The notes under the pieces: generated by a model
What the model saw: the letters and a program-made list of their open reading frames with translations, nothing else
Told to the model about the DNA's origin: nothing
The model's database searches: none
Program-made: the position numbers and the translations under genes
Source: an uncultured Actinomycetota bacterium
Lineage (GTDB): Bacteria > Actinomycetota > Actinomycetes > JAHEKZ01
Length of the DNA: 64,000 bases
Direction of reading: 5' to 3'
NCBI GenBank assembly: GCA_963743915.1
Contig: CAVURN010000002.1
Location: 384,001 to 448,000 of the forward strand
In this document: positions 1 through 9,700 of the stretch, piece after piece
Position numbering within the stretch: position 1 is the stretch's first letter
Layout: every line of letters begins with the position of its first letter

Positions 1-448
1 GACTGGTCCGGACCTTCTGCAGCAAGGACTCCACGTCGGTCTCGGTGGAGATGCCGACCCGCATCGCTCCTTGCTCACGGAGATGCCGGGTCAGCGCGCG
101 GGTGTCGATCCCGGAGATGCCCACGACGCCCTGCTCGGCGAGGCGCTCGTCCAGCGACCGCGTCGAGCGCCAGCTCGACCGCGTCCGCGAGGGGTCGCGG
201 ACCACGTAGCCGCTGACCCAGATGCGACGCGACTCGTCGTCCTCGTCGTTCACCCCGGTGTTGCCGATGTGCGGCGCTGTCTGGACGACCACCTGCCGGT
301 GGTACGACGGGTCCGTCAACGTCTCCTGGTAGCCGGTCATGGCAGTGCAGAAGACCGCCTCGCCGAAGGTCTCGCCGGGGGCACCGAACGACTCCCCCTC
401 GAAGACGCGGCCGTCCTCGAGCACGAGCAGGGCGGAAGTGGCGCTCAT
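1..448 (-). CDS. carA: Carbamoyl-phosphate synthase small subunit (5' part; runs off window)
   Basis: Manual translation from ATG 448: [55 protein letters not shown]; pyr operon position. Confidence 0.95.
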   Translation of the reverse strand, partial: MSATSALLVLEDGRVFEGESFGAPGETFGEAVFCTAMTGYQETLTDPSYHRQVVVQTAPHIGNTGVNDEDDESRRIWVSGYVVRDPSRTRSSWRSTRSLDERLAEQGVVGISGIDTRALTRHLREQGAMRVGISTETDVESLLQKVRTS

Positions 449-981
449 CGGATCGCTCCCGTCGCCGAGCGCCGCACGTCCTCGGCGGCCGCTGCGTCCC
501 GCACCCGCAGGCCGGTCTCGAGGGTGGCCGCGTCGTGGCGCCAGGTGAGCACGAGCACGCCGCCGGACTCGTAGACCTTGCCGGCGTGCCCCCGGTCATG
601 GCGGGCCTCGACCAGGCGGTCCGCGGGGATGAAGAGGTCGGGCGCACCGGTGCGGAGGCACCACACCCCGTCCGCACCAACCGCGACCTGTGCCGCGCTG
701 GGCACACCGAGACCCTGGACCACCACGCGGTCCAGCCAGTCCCCTGCCCGCGTGGTGCCCAGGTACCGCGCCGGGACGCCGGAGACCATCAAGCCCTGCT
801 GGGGCAAGGGCGGGACGGGGGGCAGGGGGGCGATGTCCTGCTGCCGACGTCCGCGTCGGACCCAGCCCAGACGCATCAGGCCGATCACGGCCAGCAGCAG
901 CAGCGCCAGCAGAGCAGTCAGCAGCAGCCGCTCGGGCCAGTCGGTGACCGGAGCGGAGGCGAGCACGTCGACCGCGGTCAT
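445..981 (-). CDS. Membrane-anchored PH-like protein of the actinobacterial pyr operon
   Basis: N-terminal TM helix; ATGA overlaps with pyrC and carA; conserved position. Confidence 0.8.
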   Translation of the reverse strand: MTAVDVLASAPVTDWPERLLLTALLALLLLAVIGLMRLGWVRRGRRQQDIAPLPPVPPLPQQGLMVSGVPARYLGTTRAGDWLDRVVVQGLGVPSAAQVAVGADGVWCLRTGAPDLFIPADRLVEARHDRGHAGKVYESGGVLVLTWRHDAATLETGLRVRDAAAAEDVRRSATGAIR

Positions 982-2294
982 GCGACCACCGCACCGTCAC
1001 GCGCGGTGAGACGCCCTCGCAGGAACGTCGCGACCGGCCGCGCCGACAGCTCGGTGCCGGCGAACGGCGTGTTGCGGCTGCGGGACACCAGGGCGGTGGC
1101 GTCCACGGTGTAGCGGGTCGACGGGTCGACGAGCACGAGGTTGGCCGGCTCCCCCGCGGCGATCGGGCGCCCGTGCCCGGAGAGGCGACCGATCTGCGCG
1201 GGGCGGACCGCCATCCGGTCGGCGACGCCGGCCCAGTCGAGCAGACCGGTGTCGACCATGGCGGCGGCGACGACGCCGAGCGCCGTCTCGAGGCCGACCA
1301 TCCCCATGGCCGCCGCCGCCCACTCGCAGTCCTTGTCCTCCAGGCTGTGCGGCGCGTGATCGGTCGCGACGGCATCGATCGTGCCGTCGGCCAGACCCTC
1401 GCGCAGCGCGTCGACGTCCTGCTGCGTGCGCAGCGGCGGGTTGACCTTGTAGCGCGGGTCGTAGCTGCGGACGAGCTCCTCGGTGAGGAAGAGGTGGTGG
1501 GGTGTCACCTCCGCGGTGACGTTGATGCCCTTGCCCTTCGCCCAGCGCAGGATCTCGACCGACCCCGCGGTCGAGACGTGGCAGACGTGCAGACGGGAGC
1601 CCACGTGCCCCGCCAGCAGGACGTCGCGGGCGATGATCGACTCCTCGGCGACCGCCGGCCACCCACGGAGGCCGAGCACCCCCGACACCGGACCCTCGTT
1701 CATCTGCGCGCCTTCGGTGAGGCGCGGTTCCTGCGCATGCTGGGCCACGACCCCGTCGAACGCCTTGACGTACTCCAGGGCGCGCCTCATCAGCACCGCG
1801 TCGGACACGCAGTGGCCGTCGTCGGAGAACACCCGGACGCGGGCGGCCGACTCGGCCATGGCTCCGAGCTCGGCGAGCTCGCTGCCCGCCAGGTCCACGG
1901 TGACGGCTCCCACCGGGTGGACGTCGCAGAGGCCGGCGCGGCGTCCGAGGTGCCACACCTGCTCCACGACACCCGCGGTGTCGGCCACCGGGTCGGTGTT
2001 GGCCATCGCGTGCACGGCGGTGAAGCCCCCGACGGCTGCCGCGGCGGAGCCGGAGGCCACCGTCTCGGCGTCCTCCCGACCGGGCTCGCGCAGATGGGTG
2101 TGGAGGTCGACCAGGCCCGGCAGCGCCACGAGCCCGGACGCATCGAGGATCTCGGCGTCGGCGTCGGAGAGCCCGGTGCCCACCTCGGCGACGACGCCGT
2201 CGGCCACGAGCACGTCGCGCGGCGCGCCCCCGAGGACGGACGCGCCCTTGACCAGGTAGCGCCTGGGCTGCTGGTCGTCGCTGGTCGGCATCAC
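978..2294 (-). CDS. pyrC: Dihydroorotase
   Basis: [24 protein letters not shown] motifs. Confidence 0.97.
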   Translation of the reverse strand: MMPTSDDQQPRRYLVKGASVLGGAPRDVLVADGVVAEVGTGLSDADAEILDASGLVALPGLVDLHTHLREPGREDAETVASGSAAAAVGGFTAVHAMANTDPVADTAGVVEQVWHLGRRAGLCDVHPVGAVTVDLAGSELAELGAMAESAARVRVFSDDGHCVSDAVLMRRALEYVKAFDGVVAQHAQEPRLTEGAQMNEGPVSGVLGLRGWPAVAEESIIARDVLLAGHVGSRLHVCHVSTAGSVEILRWAKGKGINVTAEVTPHHLFLTEELVRSYDPRYKVNPPLRTQQDVDALREGLADGTIDAVATDHAPHSLEDKDCEWAAAAMGMVGLETALGVVAAAMVDTGLLDWAGVADRMAVRPAQIGRLSGHGRPIAAGEPANLVLVDPSTRYTVDATALVSRSRNTPFAGTELSARPVATFLRGRLTARDGAVVA

Positions 2295-3263
2295 TCGTCA
2301 CCGTCCACTGTCGGACCGCTCACTGTCGGACCGCCCAGAGCAGAGTCGCTGCCACCCAGCAGCAGGTAGAGCACCGCCATGCGCACACTGACTCCGTTCG
2401 TCACCTGTTCGACGATCACTGAGCGGGTGGAGTCGGCCACCTCCGCGGTGATCTCCAGCCCGCGGTTCATGGGGCCGGGGTGCATGACGATGGCGTGCTC
2501 CGGCAACCGCGCCATCCGGTCGGCGTCCAGGCCGTACCGCCGCGAGTACTCGCGGGCGCTCGGGAAGAACGCCGCGTCCATGCGCTCGCGCTGGACGCGC
2601 AGCATCATGACCGCATCGGCGTCCCCGAGCACGGCATCGAGGTCGTAGGAGTGGTCGCACGGCCAGCCCGACACACCCACCGGCAGCAGCGTCGGCGGGG
2701 CCACCAGCGTGACCTTCGCACCGAGGGTGGACAGCAGCAGCACGTTGGAGCGCGCGACGCGGCTGTGCAGCACGTCACCGACCACGACGATCGAGCGTCC
2801 CTCGAGGGTGGTGAGGTGTCGACGCATGGTGAAGGCGTCCAGCAGCGCCTGCGTCGGGTGCTCATGCGTCCCGTCCCCCGCGTTGACGACCGAGCCGCCG
2901 ATCCATCCAGAGTGGGCCAAGGTGTGCGGCGCACCGCTCGCGCCGTGGCGGATCACGACCGCGTCAGCACCCATCGCCTCGAGGGTGAGCGCGGTGTCCT
3001 TCAGGCTCTCCCCCTTGGAGACGCTGGAGCCCTTGGCGCTGAAGTTGATGACATCGGCGGACAGCCGCTTGGCCGCGGCCTCGAACGAGATGCGGGTCCG
3101 GGTGGAGTCCTCGAAGAAGAGGTTGACGACGGTGCGCCCCCGCAGCGTCGGCAGCTTCTTGACCGGGCGGTCCGCGAGCGCGGGCGAGCTCGTCGGCGGT
3201 GTCGAGGATGAGGGTGGCGTCGTCGAGGGACAGGTCGCCGGCGGACAGCAGGTGACGGGTCAT
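2291..3263 (-). CDS. pyrB: Aspartate carbamoyltransferase catalytic subunit (frameshift near 3180, probable sequence error)
   Basis: [12 protein letters not shown]-terminus in one frame; [27 protein letters not shown] in another. Confidence 0.93.
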
Positions 3264-3859
3264 CAGGCTGCTCCCCCCGACTGGGACGCCGGCGGCGAGT
3301 CGTCCTCGGCGCCACCGATCACGACGGCGTCGCGGCCGTCCGTCTCCGCGACGAGCACCTGCACGTTCTCGCGGGTGGAGGTCGGGAGGTTCTTGCCCAC
3401 GTAGTCCGCACGGATGGGCAGCTGGCGGTGGCCACGGTCCACCAGGACTGCGAGCTGCACCGCGCGCGGTCGGCCGAGCTCGCTCAGGGCGTCGAGCGCG
3501 GCGCGGATCGAGCGACCGGAGAAGAGGACGTCGTCGACCAGGACCACGATCGCGTCGTCGATGCCGCCCGGTGGCAGCTCGGTGCGACCGAGCCCGCGCG
3601 CAGGGCGCATCCGCAGGTCGTCGCGGTACATCGTGATGTCGAGGCTGCCCACCGGCACCGAGGTGCCCTCGACGTCTCCGATCCGCGCAGCCAGACGCTG
3701 CGCGAGCGGGACACCGCGGGTGGGGATTCCGAGCAGGACGAGCGACTGGGCGCCCTTGTTGCGCTCGAGGACTTCATGGGCGATACGGGTCAGCGCACGC
3801 TGGACGTCGTCGGCGTCGAGGACCTCGCGGTCGTCGGCGCCGGTCTCGGACCGGACCAT
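3263..3859 (-). CDS. pyrR: Pyrimidine operon regulator / uracil PRTase
   Basis: [33 protein letters not shown]; SD AAAGGAGG before ATG 3859. Confidence 0.97.
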   Translation of the reverse strand: MVRSETGADDREVLDADDVQRALTRIAHEVLERNKGAQSLVLLGIPTRGVPLAQRLAARIGDVEGTSVPVGSLDITMYRDDLRMRPARGLGRTELPPGGIDDAIVVLVDDVLFSGRSIRAALDALSELGRPRAVQLAVLVDRGHRQLPIRADYVGKNLPTSTRENVQVLVAETDGRDAVVIGGAEDDSPPASQSGGAA

Positions 3860-3865
3860 GGCGGA

Positions 3866-3900
3866 CCTCCTTTCCCGCCTCACCGGACGGACTTAAAGGA
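3866..3900 (-). promoter_or_regulatory. PyrR-binding RNA stem-loop overlapping the pyrR Shine-Dalgarno
   Basis: RNA UCCUUUAAGUCCGUCCGGUGAGGCGGGAAAGGAGG: UUUAA motif, UCCGGUGAGG loop, UCCUUU/AAAGGA stem sequesters the SD, as in mycobacterial translational repression. Confidence 0.88.
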
Positions 3901-4053
3901 CGTCGAACACCCTCACCCTAGCGAACCCTCCGCCGCACCGATCAGCGGGCGGGGGCGGACGCCGGCCACGCTCTGCAACCAGCCCGGCGCGTCCATTCGG
4001 GGGAATGTCCCCTCAGGGCGGGGACGTCTTGGGCCATACCGCTTGACGCGGTG

Positions 4054-4083
4054 GTCACTCTCCGTGACGCTACTCTCCGTGAC
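4054..4083. promoter_or_regulatory. Two tandem 15-bp BldD boxes (autoregulation)
   Basis: GTCACTCTCCGTGAC (4054-4068) fits TNAC-N5-GTNA; adjacent copy GCTACTCTCCGTGAC; TTGACG at 4043-4048. Confidence 0.7.
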
Positions 4084-4226
4084 CGATTCTCGGGGCCCAG
4101 TGTCGGTCACCGCACGCGATGCGTGCGGAGGGTGACCACGGCACGGCCGGTGCGGACTGCATCGCGGCGTTCCGGGGTCATCGGGGGGATCCGACCGTGC
4201 GGTCGGGTCGGACGAAAGGTGCAGGA

Positions 4227-4718
4227 GTGACCGACTACGCCAAGGCGCTCGGGGCGCGTCTCCGGGCCATTCGACAGCAGCAGGGCCTCTCGCTCCACGG
4301 GGTGGAGGAGAAGTCGCAGGAGAAGTGGAAGGCCGTCGTCGTGGGCTCGTACGAGCGCGGCGACCGCGCCGTCACCGTCCAGAAGCTCGCCGAGCTCGCC
4401 GACTTCTACGGCGTCCCGGTCAGCGAGCTGCTCCCCGACAACAGCCCGGCGGCGGCCGCAGAGCCTCCGCCGCGCCTCGTGATCGACCTCGAGCAGCTCA
4501 GCCAGGTGCCGGCCGAGAAGGCCGGTCCCCTCGCCCGGTACGCGCAGACCATCCAGAGCCAGCGCGGCGACTACAACGGCCGCATCCTGTCCATCCGGCA
4601 GGAGGACCTGCGCACCCTCGCCGTCATCTACGACCAGTCGCCCGGGGCGCTCACCGAGCAGCTCATCAGCTGGGGCGTCCTCAACCCCGAGGCACGCCGC
4701 GCACTCCCGCTCGACTGA
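4227..4718 (+). CDS. bldD: BldD-family XRE regulator
   Basis: DYAKALGARLRAIRQQQGLSLHGVEEKS..WKAVVVGSYERGDRAVTVQKLAELADFYGVP; RGD-X8-RQED; divergent from pyrR. Confidence 0.95.
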   Translation: MTDYAKALGARLRAIRQQQGLSLHGVEEKSQEKWKAVVVGSYERGDRAVTVQKLAELADFYGVPVSELLPDNSPAAAAEPPPRLVIDLEQLSQVPAEKAGPLARYAQTIQSQRGDYNGRILSIRQEDLRTLAVIYDQSPGALTEQLISWGVLNPEARRALPLD

Positions 4719-4731
4719 CGGCCACAGCCGC

Positions 4732-4798
4732 CGAGTGGTGCGCTCCCACCATTTCAGGCCGCCTGCGGGGGCCAGATCTGCCTGGAGCGCACCTCTCG
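4732..4798. repeat. 67-bp REP-like palindromic element, copy L
   Basis: Arms CGAGTGGTGCGCTCC / GGAGCGCACCTCTCG (14/15 complementary); homologous to 5943-6009. Confidence 0.85.
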
Positions 4799-5841
4799 AC
4801 TGTGACGTTCCCGCCCGAGCACCACGAGTCCCGGAGGCGGGCGCCAGGGCTCACGCCGCCGTTGCTGCGCCCTCCTGCGCCAGCGGTCCATGAGTCCGTC
4901 TGCGTCGTGCCGCACCTCAGCGTCGCTCCAGCGCACGACGTGCAGGCCGGCCACGGTCTCCAGCCACTCCTGGCGCCGCTTCTCTGCGTACAGAGCGCCG
5001 GACGCTTGCGCTGGCACAGCCGGGGGCTCCAGCGTCTCGTCGTACTTGAGCCGGCCATCAGCCTCACCCGCGATGCCGAGGTGCAGCCACAGGTCGTCCG
5101 GACGGAACTCGACACCCTCGAAGCGGATGACGGGGTTGCAGTGCGGCATCGGCGCACCACGAACCAGCAGCTCACCGCGACCTCGTGACTCCAACGGAGA
5201 CTCCGAGCAAGCGTCAGACCACATCAGGGTCCGCCTGGCACGGACGCACCCTCGGACCGGGCCGCGTGTCTCCAGCATCACCTGCATGAGGTCTCGATCC
5301 GCCCCGCGCGCGAGCGCAGCGTCGACGGTGACCAGCGCCTGCGGCTCGGGGAGGTCGACGGCGATGTCGACGGCGGTGCGTTCGAGGGTGGTGACCGCCA
5401 GACCTTCATGGACCACGACCGGTGGCGGAGTCACCGAGCGCAGGGTCCGCACGCCGACGAGTTGACAGGTGTTCCGAGGCCGCAACACTTCGGGACGGGG
5501 TGGGATCCCCGACACGGGAAGACCCCAGACCAGCGCGGCCGAGCGGAGACCCGCCACCGCCAAAGGGCTGACGGCAAGGGCGGCCGCCAGACGAGTCAGG
5601 TGGTCGCGGCGACCCGCCACCCAGACGTCGCGGACCGATCCCGAGGGCCGCGCTCCGCATGTGCAGGGGACAGGACGTACCGACCCCTTTCGACCCGCAC
5701 CAGCTGACCACGACGCACCAGGCGTGCGATGTCGTGGTCGGCCAGCCCGGCGCTGGTCAGCTCCGACGCCGTGATGGCCCCTCCGCGTACGGACATGCGT
5801 CGCAGTACATGGGGTGGGAGATCTCCGGGACGTGGAGGCAT
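4754..5841 (-). CDS. AbiEi-type wHTH + DUF559/Vsr-like PD-(D/E)XK protein (frameshift near 5600-5650)
   Basis: N-terminal GAITASELTSAGL..IARLVRRGQLVRVERGRY (ORF 5596-5841); then SAALVWGLP, VTTLERTAVDIA, SESPLES, FRPD..GEADG, EKRRQEWL..VVRW (ORF 4754-5959). Confidence 0.82.
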
Positions 5842-5942
5842 CGCGACACCATGCCCGGCGGTGCCGTCCCGTGTCCGGAGAACTTCCCTTGCTGTGGATG
5901 ACGAGGGCCACGCGTGACCACGCGCCGGCCACTACCAGGTGT

Positions 5943-6009
5943 CGAGTGGTGCGCTGCACGCATCAGGGCCGCGTTGAAGACGTCGAATCTGCGTGGAGCG
6001 CGCCATTCG
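5943..6009. repeat. 67-bp REP-like palindromic element, copy R
   Basis: Arms TCGAGTGGTGCGCTGCACGCA / TGCGTGGAGCGCGCCATTCGA (18/21 complementary, spanning 5942-6010); same length and register as copy L. Confidence 0.85.
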
Positions 6010-6028
6010 AGGATGGCGCGCGGGGACG

Positions 6029-7505
6029 TCAGCGGGGGTAGCCCGATCGCCTCGTCGTCGAGCGGGCCGGTGTACGCCGGTGCTGCACCGGCCACGGCAT
6101 CGCCGATCCGGTGCACGCGCATCGCGTTCGTCGATCCGGGGATGCCCGGAGGGCTGCCGGCGACGATCGTGACGTGATCACCGATGGAGCACCGGTCGAA
6201 CTCCAGCAACCGTGCCTCGACCTGGCGCACCATGTGGTCGGTGTGTGTCACCGGATCGACCAGGTAGCTCTCGACGCCCCAGGTCAACGACAGCTGGTTG
6301 CGCACCTGGGGGTCAGGAGTGAAGGCCAGGAGCGGCACCGACGAGCGGTACCGCGCGAGGACCGTGGGCGTGCGCCCGGTCTCGGTGAACGCGACGAGGA
6401 ACTTCGCGCCGAGCTGGTTGGCGACGTGGACCGCCGCCCGGCAGATGGCGTCCCCCTTGGTGGTCGGCAGCCCCTCGACCCGCGGGATGCGGTCGAGTGC
6501 GGTGTCCTCGATCGACTCGATGATGCGTCCCATCGTCGCCACGGACTCGATGGGAAAGCGTCCGATGCTCGTCTCTCCGGAGAGCATGAGGGCGTCCGCG
6601 CCGTCGAGGATGGCGTTGGCGACGTCGGACGCCTCCGCCCGGGTGGGCCGGGACGCACTGATCATCGACTCGAGCATCTGCGTGGCGACGATGACCGGCC
6701 GACCCTTCTCGCGGGCCAGGCTCACGGCGTGCTTCTGCACCAGTGGCACCTGCTCGAGCGGAAGCTCGACGCCGAGGTCGCCGCGGGCGACCATGATGCC
6801 GTCGAAGGCGTCGAGGATCTGCGGAAGGTGGGCGACGGCCTGGGGCTTCTCGATCTTGGCGATCACCGGTCGGTGGATGCCCTCGTCGTCCATCACCTCG
6901 AGCACCGGGTCGACGTCCTGAGCCGTCCGCACGAAGGAGAGCGCCACCAGGTCGACCCCCTGACCCAGGGCCCAGCGCAGGTCGTCGACGTCCTTGTCGG
7001 ACACCGCCGGGACGCTGACCATCGCGCCCGGAAGGTTGATGCCCTTGGCGTCGGAGAGCGTGCCGCCCTCGACCACGCGGGTGATGACGGCCCGGCCCTC
7101 GACCGCCTCGACCCGTAGCAGCACCCGACCGTCGTCGACCAGGATCGGGTCCCCCGCCGCGACGTCGTCGGCCAGGCCGCCGTGGGTCGTGGAGACCATC
7201 TCCTGGTCCCCCGGGACGTCCTCGGCGGTGATCACGAAGCGGGCTCCCGGGCGGAGCAGCACCGACCCGTTCGCGAACCGTCCGAGCCGGATCTTCGGGC
7301 CCTGGAGGTCCGCCAGCACGCCCACGGCGCGTCCGCTCGCCTCAGCGGCCTGCCGCACCAGGGCGATCGACCGCGCGTGGTCGGCGTGGGTGCCGTGGCT
7401 GAGGTTGATGCGCGCCACGTCGAGGCCGGACTCGACCAGCGCCGCAACCGTGCCCAGCGTGCTGGACGCGGGGCCCAGGGTCGCGATGATCTTGGCCCGG
7501 CGCAT
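6029..7505 (-). CDS. pyk: Pyruvate kinase (stop inferred at 6029 after a C-run indel; ORF as given reads to 5757)
   Basis: MRRAKIIATLGPAS, DLQGPKIR, IMVARGDLGVE, ATQMLESM, PTRAEASDVANA; TAGTGT 7 nt before ATG. Confidence 0.95.
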
Positions 7506-7551
7506 GCGCCGAACACTACCGAGGGGCGGGTCCGGGAGGCGGACACCACCC

Positions 7552-7580
7552 TTGTCATTCGAACAGATGTTCGATACCCT
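7552..7580 (+). promoter_or_regulatory. Housekeeping-sigma promoter with a perfect LexA (SOS) box in the spacer
   Basis: TTGTCA-17nt-TACCCT; spacer holds TCGAACAGATGTTCGA (7559-7574), the actinobacterial TCGAAC-N4-GTTCGA consensus. Confidence 0.9.
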
Positions 7581-7686
7581 GAACTCGTCGCACGAACGCC
7601 TCCGCGCGGGGCGCCCACTTCCTGACAGCAGCTGACGCGGTCCTCCGCACCCGGTGAGCGACACCCTCCTCCCCCCGGAGTGTGCG

Positions 7687-8968
7687 ATGTCCGAACCGTC
7701 CCCCTTGGCCCGCTGGGAGGCCCCGTGGCAGCCGCCGCCGGGTCTGCGGCCCGCGCCGACCGCACCACGCTCCCCGGCTCGACCCGCTCGAGCGGGCGGT
7801 GACAGCCGCCCTCGACCTCGACGTCGACACCGCGCCTCCCCGTCAGCTCGCCGACGAGGTGGTCGAGCTCTTTCGCCAGGTCGACCGCCTGACGGCAGCA
7901 GCCCTGGACCGGCTGGCCCGCGTCGACGCGCACGGCGTCGCGGCGTCGGAGTCCGGCACGACCACTGCGTCCTGGTTGCGGCACCACACCGGTCTGCCGT
8001 CCGGAACGTCCTCGGACCTGGTGCGGGCGGCGCGGGTCGTGCGCGAACAGCTGCCGGCGACCCGTGAGGCCCTGCGCTCCGGTGAGGTCACCGCGCAGCA
8101 TGCCCGCACCATCTGTCGGACCGTGCACCTCGTCGACACGCACAGCCGTCCTGAGGTCGCTGCGCAGGCAGCGGCCGCCGTCGAGGACGTCCTCCTCACC
8201 GTGGCCAAGGCGGTCGATGCCGGTTCGCTCACGGGGTTCGCCACACGCGTTCGCCAGGTGGTCGATCCGCAGGGCGCTCTGGCTGACGCCGCACGCGCCC
8301 ACGAGAGGCGTTGGCTGAACACGGCGAAGACCGTCGACGGCATGGTGAGTGTCGACGGGCTGCTCGACCCGGAGTCGGGATCGCTCGTCCTGACGGCCTT
8401 GTCCGCGGCCTCGGGTCAACGGGGTCCCGACGACCGCCGGAGCGCCCCGCAGCGTCGTGCCGACGCCCTGGTGGAGGTCTGCCAGCACGCCCTCGACACC
8501 GGAGCCGAGCCCCACCAGGGCGGAGTCCGTCCCCACCTCCTGGTGACGGCGCCACTGTCGGCGTTGACCGGTTCGGCCACGTCCTCGACGGACTCCGGTC
8601 CGGAGGCAGCGTGGACCGGGCCCCTGACCACAGAGGCAACCCGGCGGATCGCCTGCGACGCGTCGGTCACCCGCATCGTGCTCGAGCCCGACTCACTCCC
8701 CCTCGACGTCGGTCGCTCGACCCGCACCGTCCCCCAACACCTCCGGCACGCCCTCCTCGTCCGCGACGGTGGTTGCGTCGCGGAAGGATGTGACCGGCCA
8801 CCGGCCTGGACCGAGGCGCACCACGTGGTGCACTGGGCGGAGGGCGGCGCGACCGCCCTCGACAACCTGGTGCTGCTCTGCCGCGCCCACCACCGCAAGG
8901 TGCACGAGGACGACTGGCAGTTCGAGCAGCTCGGTGCTCGCTGGCGACTCGTCCCCCCGCCGCCGTGA
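7687..8968 (+). CDS. DUF222 + HNH endonuclease (13E12-like); likely N-terminal frameshift near 7770
   Basis: QRRADALVE, RRIACDA, PLDVGR, RDGGCVAEGCDRP..EAHHVVHW.EGG.T.LDNLVLLCRAHHRKVH. Confidence 0.9.
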
Positions 8969-8974
8969 GCGATC

Positions 8975-9700
8975 TCAGCCGACGCCGGCACCGACCAGCG
9001 ACCCCACACCCCAGGTGACCGCGGCCGCGATCCCACCGAGGGCGAGCTGACGCGTGCCGGAGTAGAACCAGGAGCGGACGGTGAGCCGCGACACGAGCAC
9101 GCCCACGGCGAAGAGCGCCACGACCGACATCACCAGCGCCGGGATCAGCGACGTGGCTCCGAGCAGGTACGGCACCAGCGGGATCAGCGCGCCGACGGCG
9201 AAGGCGAGGAAGCTGGAGATGGCGGCCGTGACGGGTGACGGCAGGTCGAAGGGGTCGACGCCGAGCTCCTCGCGGACATGCACCTCCAGCGCGTTCTGCG
9301 GGTCGCGGGAGATCTCGCGCGCCACCTGTGCGGCCAGCTCGGGGCCGAGGCCGCGTCGCTCGTACGTGTCGGCCAGCTCGCGCTCCTCGGCCTCCGGTCG
9401 CACCTGCAGCTCGTGGCGCTCCAGCTCGATCTCCGCCATGGCCAGCTCGCTCTGGGAGGCGACGCTGACGTACTCGCCGACTGCCATCGAGGCCGCGCCT
9501 GCCACCAGACCGGCGAGACCGGCGATGACGACAGCCGTCGAGTCGGCTCCGGCCGCCGCGGAGCCGGCCGCGACACCGGCGATCAGCGCGAAGTTCGACA
9601 CCAGGCCGTCGCTGGCGCCGAAGACCGCAGGACGCAGCCAACCTCCCGTGACGTCACGGTGTGCATGGTGGACCTCGAACCTACGTTCCTCGTCGCTCAC
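8975..9700 (-). CDS. VIT1/CCC1 family Fe/Mn transporter
   Basis: LRPAVFGASDGLVSN, GAASMAVGEYVSV, HVREELG. Confidence 0.93.
   Translation of the reverse strand: MSDEERRFEVHHAHRDVTGGWLRPAVFGASDGLVSNFALIAGVAAGSAAAGADSTAVVIAGLAGLVAGAASMAVGEYVSVASQSELAMAEIELERHELQVRPEAEERELADTYERRGLGPELAAQVAREISRDPQNALEVHVREELGVDPFDLPSPVTAAISSFLAFAVGALIPLVPYLLGATSLIPALVMSVVALFAVGVLVSRLTVRSWFYSGTRQLALGGIAAAVTWGVGSLVGAGVG

Noticed and set aside
4754-5841. Functional type IV toxin-antitoxin pair
   Set aside because: There is no adjacent AbiEii nucleotidyltransferase gene.
5757-6030. C-terminally extended pyruvate kinase
   Set aside because: One indel in CCCCC gives LPR* at 6029. The extension runs through the palindrome and overlaps the next gene.
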